Source of the DNA: Nitrosopumilus sp.
GTDB taxonomy: Archaea > Thermoproteota > Nitrososphaeria > Nitrososphaerales > Nitrosopumilaceae
Reading direction: 5' to 3'
DNA length: 62,136 nt
Assembly (NCBI GenBank): GCA_035458995.1
Contig: DATHYS010000048.1
Coordinates: 1-62,136 of the forward strand
Shown piece after piece: positions 51,485-61,551 of this stretch. The notes under the pieces are model-generated. The model was not told the origin of the DNA, searched no databases, and worked only from the letters and a program-made list of their open reading frames with translations. Made by a program: the position numbers and the translations under genes. How positions within the stretch are numbered: position 1 is the first letter of the stretch; the number at the start of each line of letters is the position of its first letter.

Positions 51485-51838
51485 TCAATCTATTCTCTTG
51501 TATGTTTGATGGAATTCTGAGAATAGAGTTTGAGCTACATTTTGCATGTTGATAATTTCTGAGAAATTTTTTTTGCCTTTGGCAATTTCTCGCATAATGG
51601 TCATGCATTTTGTATTTTTGATTGAATTTGGCTCTTCAGAATCAGTCCAAATATTTAGACAATCTTCAAAGTCAAGACAGAACTTTAAGACAATGACCTG
51701 CCAGTCATCCGATGTTTGAGGAATGTTTAGAGTTTTTGCAAGCTCTTGAAATTCATGCCCTTTATCTCGAAGCATTACGTTAAGTGTCTCTCTAACTTTT
51801 CCTGCATCAAACCCATCAATTAATGCAATTCTATCCAT
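51485..51838 (-). CDS. Hypothetical protein
   Basis: Start taken as ATG 51838 (MDRIALIDG). Confidence 0.7.
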   Translation of the reverse strand: MDRIALIDGFDAGKVRETLNVMLRDKGHEFQELAKTLNIPQTSDDWQVIVLKFCLDFEDCLNIWTDSEEPNSIKNTKCMTIMREIAKGKKNFSEIINMQNVAQTLFSEFHQTYKRID

Positions 51839-51977
51839 ATTTTTAATCTGAAAAATAAACAGGATATATTGTTTTTCAAAATTATGAAAAGCTAGATGGC
51901 AGTAGTTGTCGGAATCAGAAGAAATCAAGAATAAAAATCGGGATTTCAATTAAATATCATTAGAAATTACAACAAGC

Positions 51978-52820
51978 ATGGTTAGCCAACCAATTTGGAT
52001 TGCAATTGTAATTGGTGTTTTCTTTATAGGAATTGGTGTTAGTTATGCTCATTTTGCAAATACCTATGATCCAATGTCCATGAAATTTCAAAATCAAGAA
52101 TTGTTTGATCAAATGATGACCAATAATCCAAAAATGTCCCAACAGTGGATGGATTCTGGAATGATGGGTCAACAACAAATGATGTATGATCCTCAGATGA
52201 CAAGCCAATGGATGAATGCAATGATGGATGATCCACAAATGCACCAGCTAATGATAGATTCTATGATGAATCACCAAGGAATGATGAACTCTATGATGAA
52301 TCATCAGGACATGATGAATATGATGATGGGTTCTGGCATGATGAGTGGAAGTATGATGACAGGGGGTCACATGATGGGTTCTGGAATGATGGATTCTGGC
52401 ATGATGAGTTCTCAATCTTCTCAAAGCATCCCTACTGATACAGAACCTCAAACTAGAACATTTCAAATCAGCATGGAAGAAGTAGAATTCTTTGCTGAAG
52501 TTGAAAATGAAGGCGGAGAAGAAGCAATTGCATTTGTTGAGCTACACAGATGGGAGCCAAATACAATTATTGTTAATCAAGGAGATACCGTAGTTCTTGA
52601 AATTACTAATCCAAGAAAACATGCTCACACATTATCAATTCCTGCATTTAATGTAAATTCAGAGATGCTTGAACCAAGAGAAGGAGCAGATACTGTAACC
52701 TTTGTTGCAGATACTCCAGGTGTTTTCACATTTTATTGTGGACTACCTTACAATCCAGATAAACTGTATTGTGATCCTGATCATAGCATGATGACAGGCA
52801 CTTTGATAGTGTTAGGCTAA
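51978..52820 (+). CDS. Membrane-anchored Met-rich cupredoxin-domain protein
   Basis: N-terminal TM, Met/His-rich repeats, C-terminal WEPNTIIVNQGDTV...HTL...FYC...H..M. Confidence 0.85.
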   Translation: MVSQPIWIAIVIGVFFIGIGVSYAHFANTYDPMSMKFQNQELFDQMMTNNPKMSQQWMDSGMMGQQQMMYDPQMTSQWMNAMMDDPQMHQLMIDSMMNHQGMMNSMMNHQDMMNMMMGSGMMSGSMMTGGHMMGSGMMDSGMMSSQSSQSIPTDTEPQTRTFQISMEEVEFFAEVENEGGEEAIAFVELHRWEPNTIIVNQGDTVVLEITNPRKHAHTLSIPAFNVNSEMLEPREGADTVTFVADTPGVFTFYCGLPYNPDKLYCDPDHSMMTGTLIVLG

Positions 52821-53449
52821 GATTCTCTAACCTTAGGTAAATTCCAGTTATACTTCATTGCCATTAATCTGATTCCAGTTCCAACAACTATTCCAATTAC
52901 AGAGGAGACTTGGACATCAATGCCAGATGATAACAGTGCATAAAACACTACAATTCCAATGATACTAGCAATTGCATAGACTTCTTTTACAAAGACAATT
53001 GGAATCTCTCTGACAAAGACGTCTCTTAAAATTCCGCCACCAATTGCTGTAATCATTCCACCAAAGAGCATTGGCAAAAATTCCAATCCAACTACCTGGT
53101 ATGCAATTGATGCGCCCAAGATTGAAAACACACCCAACCCGACTGCATCAAAGACTAGCCAGACGTTCATCTGCTTTTGGAGTCGTCTAAACAAAAAGAA
53201 CATCAAGACTCCAACTATTACTGTCAATGAGACATAGATAGGATCAGAGAACGCAGTTGGGAATCTTCCAAAAATAACATCACGTGTTACACCACCACCT
53301 ACTCCGACTACAGTAGCTAGAACAATTATTCCGAAAATGTCTGCCTTGTGTGCAATTGCTTTTGAAGCTCCTGTAACTGCAAAAGCGATCGTACCCAAGT
53401 AATCCAAAATGCTAATGAACCCGTCTATGGGAAAAGAGAAATCAACCAA
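52817..53449 (-). CDS. Trimeric intracellular cation channel (TRIC/UPF0126) family protein
   Basis: Duplicated GGGVTRD/GGGILRD motifs, DAVGLG. Confidence 0.92.
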   Translation of the reverse strand: MVDFSFPIDGFISILDYLGTIAFAVTGASKAIAHKADIFGIIVLATVVGVGGGVTRDVIFGRFPTAFSDPIYVSLTVIVGVLMFFLFRRLQKQMNVWLVFDAVGLGVFSILGASIAYQVVGLEFLPMLFGGMITAIGGGILRDVFVREIPIVFVKEVYAIASIIGIVVFYALLSSGIDVQVSSVIGIVVGTGIRLMAMKYNWNLPKVRES

Positions 53450-53529
53450 TCAATACAAACTTCGAGCTAGGAGTAATTAAGATTAACAAAAATAAAGATC
53501 AAAATTAAATTTGATAAAAATAAAGTTGC

Positions 53530-53826
53530 TTAGCCAAATAAGGAAGACAATCCTTCCATGGCTGCTTCTTCGTTCTTTGGTTCTTCTTTCTTCTCCTCTT
53601 TTGCCGGTGCGTCTGCTGCTGCGGCTGCTGGTGCGGCTGCTGCAACTGCTACTGGTGCGGCTTTAACTGCCTCATCGATGTTAACATCGGCTAAGGCTGC
53701 TACTAGAGATTTAACTTGGGCTTCATTAACGTCAGCACCAGATGCTTTGACAACTGATGTGAGGTTTGCCTCGTTAACTTCTTTGTCTAGTTTGTGAAGA
53801 AGTAAAGCAGCGTAAACATATTCCAT
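53530..53826 (-). CDS. rpl12: 50S ribosomal stalk protein L12/P1
   Basis: [11 protein letters not shown], Ala-rich hinge, GLSSLFG. Confidence 0.97.
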   Translation of the reverse strand: MEYVYAALLLHKLDKEVNEANLTSVVKASGADVNEAQVKSLVAALADVNIDEAVKAAPVAVAAAAPAAAAADAPAKEEKKEEPKNEEAAMEGLSSLFG

Positions 53827-53888
53827 TGTATCGAGATTCTCGCACTGGATAATATAAAACTATGGAGAACTCACGCCTGAAAATCGAA

Positions 53889-54398
53889 TTAGTTGAGAAT
53901 TTTCAAACTACGGCAAACAGCATACACTGTTCGTTTTAGATTCTGATCTGAGAGAGTATCCTTTCTGCTTCGTAGTACTCGTTTTGCCTCATCCCTTTCA
54001 GGACCTTCTGGCAATGACAGAACTGCGTTGAAGAACTCTGGCAGTGATTCACGAATCCATCCATCAAGCATTGCATAGACTTTGGGTGGAATGATATCGC
54101 ATTTATCCTCATCAAGGTTTAGTTCTGCAGCATAATTTTCATGCTCTATTCTGTATACGAGAGCTAGTACAACATTGTCAGGAGTTGGATGCTCCAAAAT
54201 TTCTCTAGAGCGGTCACCTGTCTTTCCTTGGGCAATCTTGTTTTTGAGTCCGACAGGATTTACAATAACTCCATTGACTCCCACTCTTCTATCTTCAACT
54301 CCAGTAACTATACCGAAAATAAAGTCATAAAATTCACCATTTTTTTTAACTGAGAAAATCTGAGTACCTTCTTTTAACTTTGGTTTTCTGCCAAACAT
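53889..54398 (-). CDS. Hypothetical protein
   Basis: Start taken as ATG 54398 (MFGRKPKL). Confidence 0.72.
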   Translation of the reverse strand: MFGRKPKLKEGTQIFSVKKNGEFYDFIFGIVTGVEDRRVGVNGVIVNPVGLKNKIAQGKTGDRSREILEHPTPDNVVLALVYRIEHENYAAELNLDEDKCDIIPPKVYAMLDGWIRESLPEFFNAVLSLPEGPERDEAKRVLRSRKDTLSDQNLKRTVYAVCRSLKILN

Positions 54399-54476
54399 GG
54401 ATAGAGTAAACCTCACAGTGTATTTAATGTATTATTAATCGACAATTCTTAATATCGGTATCAAGCAGGCTCAACG

Positions 54477-57146
54477 TTGGATAAAAGTCAGATTCTAAAA
54501 GAATTTTCAGCAGATCCTGAGAAATACTATAACGTAAAATTATTTGCAGAGCAGGGATTTGTCAGAAAGTCTTGCGCCAAATGTGGCAGATTCTTTTGGA
54601 CACTAAATGCTGATAGAGACTTGTGTCCTGATGACGGATTGGACACTTATTCATTCATCGGAGAGCCTCCAACTAGTAAGAGATTTGACTATACACAATC
54701 ATGGAAACAAGTCGAAGAGTTTTTTGTAAAAAATAATCACACTTCAGTATCTAGATACCCTGTAGTTTGCAGATGGCGAGATGACTTGTTTTTTACAATT
54801 GCATCAGTTGTAGACTTTCAGAGAATAATGGGAAGCAAAGTAGTCTTTGAGTTTCCTGCAAATCCTCTTGTAGTTCCACAGACATGTTTGAGATTCAAGG
54901 ATTTAGAAAACGTCGGAGTAACTGGAAGACACTTTTCTTCTTTTTGTATGATAGGACAACACAGTGTTCCTGATTTGGGAGGATACTGGAAAGACGAATG
55001 CGTTGACTTGGACTTTAGACTATTGACGAATCAATTTGGAATTAAAAAAGAAGAAGTTGTATTTGTTGAGGATGTTTGGGCAGGTGGTGGCTCGTTTGGT
55101 CCATCATTGGAATACTTTGTTCGGGGACTGGAGCTTGGAAATGCAGTATTTACTGAATTCCAAGGGGAGCTAGGACAGCACAGCACACTAGACCAGAGAG
55201 TAATAGACATGGGTGCAGGCCTTGAGCGCTTTGCATGGATTACCATGGGAACCCCTACTGCGTATGACTGTTGTTTTGGTCCGATAAATCAGAAATTATT
55301 CAACACAATTGGAATTGATTCAGATTCTGATATTTTGAAGAAATACTTTACAGAGATTGCAAAAGAGATTGATCACTATGACGACCTAAACGAAGTAAGA
55401 CGTCTTGCAGTGAAAAATGCAGGAATTACAGATGATCAATTAAACAAAATGATTACACCGCTTGAAGGAATTTACCTAATTGCAGATCACCTGCGAACTC
55501 TAATCTTTGCAATTACTGATGGTGCATTGCCAAGCAATGTCGGTGGCGGATACAACTTGAGAATGATGTTGCGAAGAATTAATGGAACGATAAACAGATT
55601 GAATCTCAAACTAGACATTGATGATTTGATTGATACTCATATTGACTATCTTAAGGATACGTATCCGGAACTTGATGAGAAGAGAGAAGATGTCAAGGCA
55701 ATTCTCAAACTAGAGTCTGCAAGATACGAGGAATCCAAAGTTCACATGAAGAAGAAAGCAGAAAAGATTCGTGAGAAAGGTGTGCCAACAGTTGATGAAC
55801 TGATAACTTTGTACGAATCAGATGGAATAACTCCTGAATACCTCAAGGAAGTCGATGCAATTTCTGAAATCCCTTCACAGTTTTACTCAAAGCTATCTGA
55901 TTTGCACCAGTCTGAAAAGAAAAAAGCAATTGCAGAACTTCCACTAGAGGATTTGCCTGAAACTGAAACTCTATTTTACAAAGACGACCCAATGGAGTTT
56001 TCAGCCAAAGTAATCAAGGTCTTCGATGATCAAGTGGTACTAGATAGAACTTCATTTTATGCAAGAGGTGGAGGACAAGAGCCGGACTATGGAAGTATTG
56101 CAGGATTCAAGGTGGTAAACGTCGATAAACACGCAGACATTATTGTTCACAAGCTTGAAGGCGGTACACCAAAGGAAGGAGAAACTGTACAATGCAAAGT
56201 TGATGAGACAAGAAGAGCAAACATTACAAAAAACCACACCAGTACCCACATACTAAATGCATCATCGAGAAAAATTCTCGGTTCATGGATTTGGCAGCAC
56301 TCTGCATTCAAAGACGATGATCATGCTAGACTGGACATTACACATCACTCTTCACTAACTGATGAGCAAGTAAAGGAGATTGAGGATGCAGCAAATTCCA
56401 TGGTAAAACAAAATCTTAACGTAAACATCGATTACTATGACAGGGGAACTGCAGAGCAGACATATGGATTTAGAATTTACCAGGGCGGTGTAGTTCCAGT
56501 AAAATCAGTCAGGATTGTTTCAATTGAGGACCAAGATGTTGAAGCTTGCGGTGGAACACATGTAAAGAAGACAGGAGACATTGAGCTAATCAAAATTACA
56601 AAGACTAAAAGAATTCAAGACGGTGTAGTTCGTCTAGAGTTTGTATCAGGTCCTACTGCATTTGGTTATGTAAAACAACAAGAAGAAGAATCTAAAAAAC
56701 AAGCTGAAGAGGCAAAACAAAAAGAGCAGCTAGAAAAACAGCGTGAAGAAAATAAAGCTAAAGCCAGAGAGCAGATTCCTGTTTTACTTGAGAAGATAAT
56801 TTCAGGAGAATCAGTAGAAGCTGACGGTATTGACACCAAAGGAAAGTTGTGTTTTACATCTAGCGAGAATTATGATGATTATTTCCATCAAAACTTTGGC
56901 AAGAAACTAGTTGCAAAGGATAGCACTGCTGCATTTTGTGGGATTTTCGAGTCAGGTCCAACTGTTCGAGTTATGGTGTTTTCCGGAGCTGATTCAGGCG
57001 TGAATTCAGGCGAGATTGCCAAGGAAATAGCCTCAATTCTAGGCGGCTCTGGTGGAGGGGACGCTAAATTTGCTCAAGGTGGAGGAAAAGACACATCTAA
57101 AAAAGAGCAGGCAATTGAGAAAGCAAAATCAATGATTTTAGGATAA
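54477..57146 (+). CDS. alaS: Alanine--tRNA ligase
   Basis: DMGAGLER, ADHLR, FYARGGGQ, HTSTH, EACGGTH, GGGDAKFAQGGG. Confidence 0.97.
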   Translation: MDKSQILKEFSADPEKYYNVKLFAEQGFVRKSCAKCGRFFWTLNADRDLCPDDGLDTYSFIGEPPTSKRFDYTQSWKQVEEFFVKNNHTSVSRYPVVCRWRDDLFFTIASVVDFQRIMGSKVVFEFPANPLVVPQTCLRFKDLENVGVTGRHFSSFCMIGQHSVPDLGGYWKDECVDLDFRLLTNQFGIKKEEVVFVEDVWAGGGSFGPSLEYFVRGLELGNAVFTEFQGELGQHSTLDQRVIDMGAGLERFAWITMGTPTAYDCCFGPINQKLFNTIGIDSDSDILKKYFTEIAKEIDHYDDLNEVRRLAVKNAGITDDQLNKMITPLEGIYLIADHLRTLIFAITDGALPSNVGGGYNLRMMLRRINGTINRLNLKLDIDDLIDTHIDYLKDTYPELDEKREDVKAILKLESARYEESKVHMKKKAEKIREKGVPTVDELITLYESDGITPEYLKEVDAISEIPSQFYSKLSDLHQSEKKKAIAELPLEDLPETETLFYKDDPMEFSAKVIKVFDDQVVLDRTSFYARGGGQEPDYGSIAGFKVVNVDKHADIIVHKLEGGTPKEGETVQCKVDETRRANITKNHTSTHILNASSRKILGSWIWQHSAFKDDDHARLDITHHSSLTDEQVKEIEDAANSMVKQNLNVNIDYYDRGTAEQTYGFRIYQGGVVPVKSVRIVSIEDQDVEACGGTHVKKTGDIELIKITKTKRIQDGVVRLEFVSGPTAFGYVKQQEEESKKQAEEAKQKEQLEKQREENKAKAREQIPVLLEKIISGESVEADGIDTKGKLCFTSSENYDDYFHQNFGKKLVAKDSTAAFCGIFESGPTVRVMVFSGADSGVNSGEIAKEIASILGGSGGGDAKFAQGGGKDTSKKEQAIEKAKSMILG

Positions 57147-57150
57147 TACA

Positions 57151-60018
57151 ATGACAATAAACTGGAATGAAATAGAAACTAAATGGCGCAAACAGTGGGA
57201 AGAAACCAAAGACTTTGAGACAAATCCAAATGATAAACCAAAAAAATTCATTACAGTAGCATATCCGTATCCAAACTCTCCGCAACACATCGGACACGGA
57301 AGAACATACACACTAGCTGATGTTCATGCAAGATTTTATCGAATGAACGGATACAATGTTTTGTTTCCTATGGGATTCCACTATACTGGAACTCCAGTGT
57401 TGGGGATGGCAAAAAGAATTGAGAAAGGAGAAAAAGAAATTCTTGATGGATTAAGAAACGTGTACCATGTTCCTGAAGAGGCAATCAAGACATTTGTTGA
57501 ACCAATAAAGATTGCAGACTATTTCCATGAAGAGATAAAGTCTGGCATGATAGAGATGGGCTATTCAATTGACTGGAGACGAGAGTTTACAACTATCGTT
57601 CCAGGTTATCAGAAATTTATCGAGTGGCAGATTACTACACTTAAAGAAAACGGCAGAATCATTCAGGGTTCTCATCCAGTCGGATGGTGTCCTAAAGATC
57701 AAAACCCAGTATCGCAACACGACACAATGGGGGACGTTGAACCTAAAATTGATGAGAAAAACTTTTTGATTAAATTCAAGCTTGGTGAATTTATCTTTCC
57801 AGTTACTACACTACGACCTGAAACAATTTTTGGAATTACAAATTTGTGGGTCAATCCAAATACAGTTTACAAAAAAGTTACAGTAGATGATGAGACATGG
57901 ATAATTTCTGAAGCTTGTGCACATAAAATAGAATTCTTTGAAAAACAAGTTGAGATAATTGGTGAAATTCCTGGCAGTGAAATTATTGGTCAAAATGCCA
58001 TAAATCATGACGGACGAGAGATTCCAGTGTTGCCAGCTGACTTTGTAGAGCCTGGCATGGGAACGGGTCTTGTAATGTCAGTGCCTGCTCATGCACCAAA
58101 AGATTACCAAGCATTGATGGATTTGAAGGCTAAAAATCATGATCTAGCCACAAAAATCGAGCCTATTCCAATTATAGTTACTGAAGGATACGATGTTTAT
58201 CCTGCAAAACAGATTTGTGAAAAACTAGGAGTGTCTGACCAAACAGATTCCAAACTAGAGGAGGCTACAAAGGAATTGTACCTCAAAGAGTTTACTGATG
58301 GAAAACTAAATGAGAAATGTGGAGAATTCAAAAATGAAAAGGTCCAGTTTGGTCGAGATAAAATTAGAGCATGGCTCCAAGAGAATGGTCATTTGGAAAA
58401 ATTCCCAGTGTTAGAGAACTCTCCAGTACATTGTCGTTGTGGTGCAGAATGTGTTGTCAAAGTGTTAAACAATCAATGGTTTTTGAATTACGGAGATGAA
58501 TCATGGAAGGAACTAGCTCGCAATTGCTTTGATGAGATGAACATTCTTCCAGGAAACATTAGAACAGAATTCAAAGAAGTAATAGAGTGGTTGCACGAGC
58601 GAGCTTGTGCAAGACAACAGGGATTGGGAACTAAACTACCATGGGATAAAGACTGGATTGTAGAATCACTATCAGATAGTGTGATTTACATGGCATACTA
58701 TACCATTTCACGATTTGTAAATGATGGAACAGTAACTCCAGAGAATTTAACTCGTGAATTCTTTGATTATGTTTTGTTAGATAAAGGAGATGTAAAACTA
58801 GCTGCATCAACATCCAAGCTTAGTGATGATATCATTGAAACAATGAAAAAAGAATTCAATTATTTCTATCCAGTTGATTCAAGACATTCAGGTCGAGATT
58901 TGGTACAGAACCATTTGTCATTCTTTGTGTTAAACCACGTTGCAATCTTTGAGAAAAAATTCTGGCCGCAGGAAATTGTAGTTAATGGTAGTGTCATGAT
59001 GGATGGTGCAAAAATGTCAAAGAGTATGGGAAACATCATTCCGTTACGTACTGCAATTAGAGACCATGGTGCAGACCCAATTAGATTGGCAATCATTTCA
59101 TCAGCTGAATTATTACAGGATGCTGATTTTAACATGGAATCAGTTTACGGTATTCAGAACAAGCTTGCATCTCTATTGGAAGAGTGCTCTAGGCTCGAAA
59201 ATGCCCCAATTTCAGAGTTGCAAGCTGAAGACAGGTGGATTTTATCAAAACTGCAAAGCATGATTGGCACAGTTACAGAATCACTAGAAAAGATGAGATT
59301 AAGGGAAGGATTGCACGAGATTTTATTTTCATTTGAATCGGACTTGAGCTGGTACAACAAAAGAATTGAAGCTAAAGAAAGAAAAGACGTTTCAGGAATA
59401 ATGTACAAGATAAATTCTGCTCGAGTTGCAATGTTGTCTCCATTTGCACCACATATTGCTGAGGAAATGTGGGAAAAATTAGGAAATACTGAACTAGTTT
59501 CAAAATCAGCTTGGCCTGTATATTCTAAGGATGAAATTGATGCAACATCAATCCAATCAGAGAATTTACTCAAAAGTACCATAGATGATATTGCAAATAT
59601 TCTCAAAGTTACAAAAATTACTCCAAAGAAGATTGTACTCTATGTAAATTCAGATTCTATGAAATCAAAAGTGTATCGTAAAGTATTGAGTATAATGGTT
59701 GGAGGACAAAACAACATGGGAGTTGTAATGAAAGAACTCATTGCAGATCCTGAAACTACAGAGGCCAAGAAAATGCCTGACTATATTCAAAAAGTAATCA
59801 AAGATTTGCACTCAGAGTCTGAAGAGATTAAATCTATGAAGCTTGAATCAGATTCCTTTGATGAAAAAGAGTTCTTGAAATCTGAGTTATCCAGCATTGG
59901 AAAGAAAGAGTTTGGAGTAGAGATAGAGGTGTATTCAGAGTCTGACAGTGACATTTATGATCCAAAAGGCAAAGCAAGACATGCAAGACCTTTCAAGCCT
60001 GCACTTTTGATTGAATAG
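57151..60018 (+). CDS. leuS: Leucine--tRNA ligase
   Basis: AYPYPN...HIGH, TTLRPET, GTGLVMSVPAHAP, KMSKS. Confidence 0.97.
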   Translation: MTINWNEIETKWRKQWEETKDFETNPNDKPKKFITVAYPYPNSPQHIGHGRTYTLADVHARFYRMNGYNVLFPMGFHYTGTPVLGMAKRIEKGEKEILDGLRNVYHVPEEAIKTFVEPIKIADYFHEEIKSGMIEMGYSIDWRREFTTIVPGYQKFIEWQITTLKENGRIIQGSHPVGWCPKDQNPVSQHDTMGDVEPKIDEKNFLIKFKLGEFIFPVTTLRPETIFGITNLWVNPNTVYKKVTVDDETWIISEACAHKIEFFEKQVEIIGEIPGSEIIGQNAINHDGREIPVLPADFVEPGMGTGLVMSVPAHAPKDYQALMDLKAKNHDLATKIEPIPIIVTEGYDVYPAKQICEKLGVSDQTDSKLEEATKELYLKEFTDGKLNEKCGEFKNEKVQFGRDKIRAWLQENGHLEKFPVLENSPVHCRCGAECVVKVLNNQWFLNYGDESWKELARNCFDEMNILPGNIRTEFKEVIEWLHERACARQQGLGTKLPWDKDWIVESLSDSVIYMAYYTISRFVNDGTVTPENLTREFFDYVLLDKGDVKLAASTSKLSDDIIETMKKEFNYFYPVDSRHSGRDLVQNHLSFFVLNHVAIFEKKFWPQEIVVNGSVMMDGAKMSKSMGNIIPLRTAIRDHGADPIRLAIISSAELLQDADFNMESVYGIQNKLASLLEECSRLENAPISELQAEDRWILSKLQSMIGTVTESLEKMRLREGLHEILFSFESDLSWYNKRIEAKERKDVSGIMYKINSARVAMLSPFAPHIAEEMWEKLGNTELVSKSAWPVYSKDEIDATSIQSENLLKSTIDDIANILKVTKITPKKIVLYVNSDSMKSKVYRKVLSIMVGGQNNMGVVMKELIADPETTEAKKMPDYIQKVIKDLHSESEEIKSMKLESDSFDEKEFLKSELSSIGKKEFGVEIEVYSESDSDIYDPKGKARHARPFKPALLIE

Positions 60019-60073
60019 TTTTTAAAAACATAATTTTTTTCTGATAATTTTTGTTCTAATTACACCAAATTCT

Positions 60074-60553
60074 TCAGCTATGTGCACTTTTCTCAACTGC
60101 AAACTTTTTCGAATCCAGTTGGGATTCTGAAATTATCTCAAATATTCTAATTGGAAGTAAATCTGTCATGTTCTGATAGGTGGATGAATCTGCAGGATCC
60201 TTTGCATGAACAATCTGAGCATAGACCTTCAAAGGATTCCACATTGTGGATCTCTTCTCAATCATCTGCTTTACCTTCCCGTACGTTCCGCTCTGGCTCA
60301 TTCCAGAACGATACAGCCCGATGTTTTCCCCAGAATCATCAGGTTCCTCAAATATGCAAATAGAGTACGTCCCATCATCTTTTTCAATAAAGGTCAGATG
60401 CGAAGATTTTGGATTCCAGGTCTTGATAATTTCTGAAACCTTGGTGGCTTTTGCCAAATCAGCAAACACAGGAACGGCAATTGGATTTCCGTCATGGGTC
60501 CTCCATGCAATTCCTTTAAAGTTGCCATACCAGAAAACTTTGGCATTACTCAT
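60074..60553 (-). CDS. Hypothetical protein (accessory)
   Basis: Start taken as ATG 60553 (MSNAKVFW), overlapping the stop of an upstream zinc-ribbon ORF. Confidence 0.65.
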   Translation of the reverse strand: MSNAKVFWYGNFKGIAWRTHDGNPIAVPVFADLAKATKVSEIIKTWNPKSSHLTFIEKDDGTYSICIFEEPDDSGENIGLYRSGMSQSGTYGKVKQMIEKRSTMWNPLKVYAQIVHAKDPADSSTYQNMTDLLPIRIFEIISESQLDSKKFAVEKSAHS

Positions 60554-60686
60554 ATTCCGTATGATCACACTTGGCACAATAGTGTTTTGTGCGAATTTTT
60601 GTCTCGTTTCCCCTTCTTGTCTCTTTAGTGGTAGTTTCCATCTCTACATTGCACTTTTTGCATATAGCCACAAACACACTACGCAT
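60546..60686 (-). CDS. Putative 46-aa zinc-ribbon microprotein
   Basis: MRSVFVAICKKCNVEMETTTKETRRGNETKIRTKHYCAKCDHTEYE. Confidence 0.55.
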   Translation of the reverse strand: MRSVFVAICKKCNVEMETTTKETRRGNETKIRTKHYCAKCDHTEYE

Positions 60687-60769
60687 GCAAGAAAGATAAG
60701 CCTATTGTATCACAAAATGAGAAAATTTCCCACCTTTCCTTTAAATGAAATTTTGTGTATTACGAAGCT

Positions 60770-60865
60770 ATGGCACAAGAACTAGTAGAACACTCCAAAA
60801 GGCGTTCGCTGTTGTTTGTTGGAATTGTTATTGCAGCAGCAGCATTAGTCATTGCTCTAGTCTAA
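60770..60865 (+). CDS. Putative 31-aa single-TM microprotein
   Basis: MAQELVEHSKRRSLLFVGIVIAAAALVIALV. Confidence 0.5.
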   Translation: MAQELVEHSKRRSLLFVGIVIAAAALVIALV

Positions 60866-60882
60866 GTGAATCATCACTTGGA

Positions 60883-60984
60883 CTATTCTGTATCATCATA
60901 CCCAGTGTCACGTCCGCAGTTGGGGCATACTCGCTGGTTTTCGAATAGTTCCTTACCACAATTTCTACAGGATTGAGGCTTCAC
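60883..60984 (-). CDS. Putative 33-aa zinc-ribbon microprotein
   Basis: (GTG)KPQSCRNCGKELFENQRVCPNCGRDTGYDDTE; repeat right-half variant ends 21 nt upstream. Confidence 0.6.
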   Translation of the reverse strand: MKPQSCRNCGKELFENQRVCPNCGRDTGYDDTE

Positions 60985-61005
60985 AAATGTACTATGTGAT
61001 TTTAA

Positions 61006-61020
61006 AACTTAAGGATATTG
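61006..61020 (-). repeat. Cassette repeat right-half variant
   Basis: CAATATCCTTAAGTT on minus strand (13/15 match to CAATACGCTTAAGTT), just after a stop codon. Confidence 0.65.
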
Positions 61021-61021
61021 A

Positions 61022-61135
61022 TCAAGTCAAGAATGGATTTGAAATTATGCCATTTGCAAGCAACACAACTAGACTAACACATGTACCGCCGCCTACTAGG
61101 ATTCCCAACAATACCAAAGCATCGCCCTTACGCAT
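61022..61135 (-). CDS. Putative 37-aa single-TM microprotein
   Basis: MRKGDALVLLGILVGGGTCVSLVVLLANGIISNPFLT; CATAAGTT ends 21 nt upstream. Confidence 0.55.
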   Translation of the reverse strand: MRKGDALVLLGILVGGGTCVSLVVLLANGIISNPFLT

Positions 61136-61190
61136 TACAAATTTGAAATAATTTCCAACTTATGAAGCTTGAGTGATTTGAAATTCAGAA

Positions 61191-61283
61191 TTACAAAACA
61201 GTGGAAAACGTGTACATTGTTATTCCTGCTAATAGTGCTAGACCAACAGTAAGTGCTTTTTTGTCTTTTTTAGTGATGTTCAT
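61191..61283 (-). CDS. Putative 30-aa single-TM microprotein
   Basis: MNITKKDKKALTVGLALLAGITMYTFSTVL; ACGCTTAAGTT ends 20 nt upstream. Confidence 0.55.
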   Translation of the reverse strand: MNITKKDKKALTVGLALLAGITMYTFSTVL

Positions 61284-61303
61284 ACGATTTAGAGTATCTG
61301 GGC

Positions 61304-61319
61304 AACTTAAGCGTGTCTA
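61304..61319 (-). repeat. Cassette repeat right half fused to a stop codon
   Basis: TAG-ACACGCTTAAGTT on minus strand. Confidence 0.7.
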
Positions 61320-61532
61320 CTCTGATTCCCGGTCTTCAATTTTTTTGATCTCTTTTTCTATTTTTTCAATATTTTTTTTCCAGATTCCAATGTATTTCTC
61401 TAGTTTTTGAATCTCTTTTGTATCATCGGGATTTAGAGACTCTCTATTTTCCATATGCTGGTTTAGCCTCTTCTTAGAGTCTTCAAGTGTCTTGTACTGC
61501 ATCTCTAGGACCTTTCTTGTGATAAAGTTCAT
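61317..61532 (-). CDS. 71-aa coiled-coil hypothetical protein
   Basis: MNFITRKVLEMQYK...; bounded by repeat-derived sequences on both sides. Confidence 0.7.
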   Translation of the reverse strand: MNFITRKVLEMQYKTLEDSKKRLNQHMENRESLNPDDTKEIQKLEKYIGIWKKNIEKIEKEIKKIEDRESE

Positions 61533-61551
61533 AGATATTCTACAAATCAGA

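Noticed and set aside
52818-52830. TAAGATTCTCTAA as another repeat half-site
   Set aside because: Explained by the overlapping 3' end of the TRIC gene (R-E-S-stop) and matches only partially.
60151-60948. Plus-strand track ORFs (60151, 60206, 60246, 60745)
   Set aside because: Shadows of minus-strand genes or alternative frames with no motif support.
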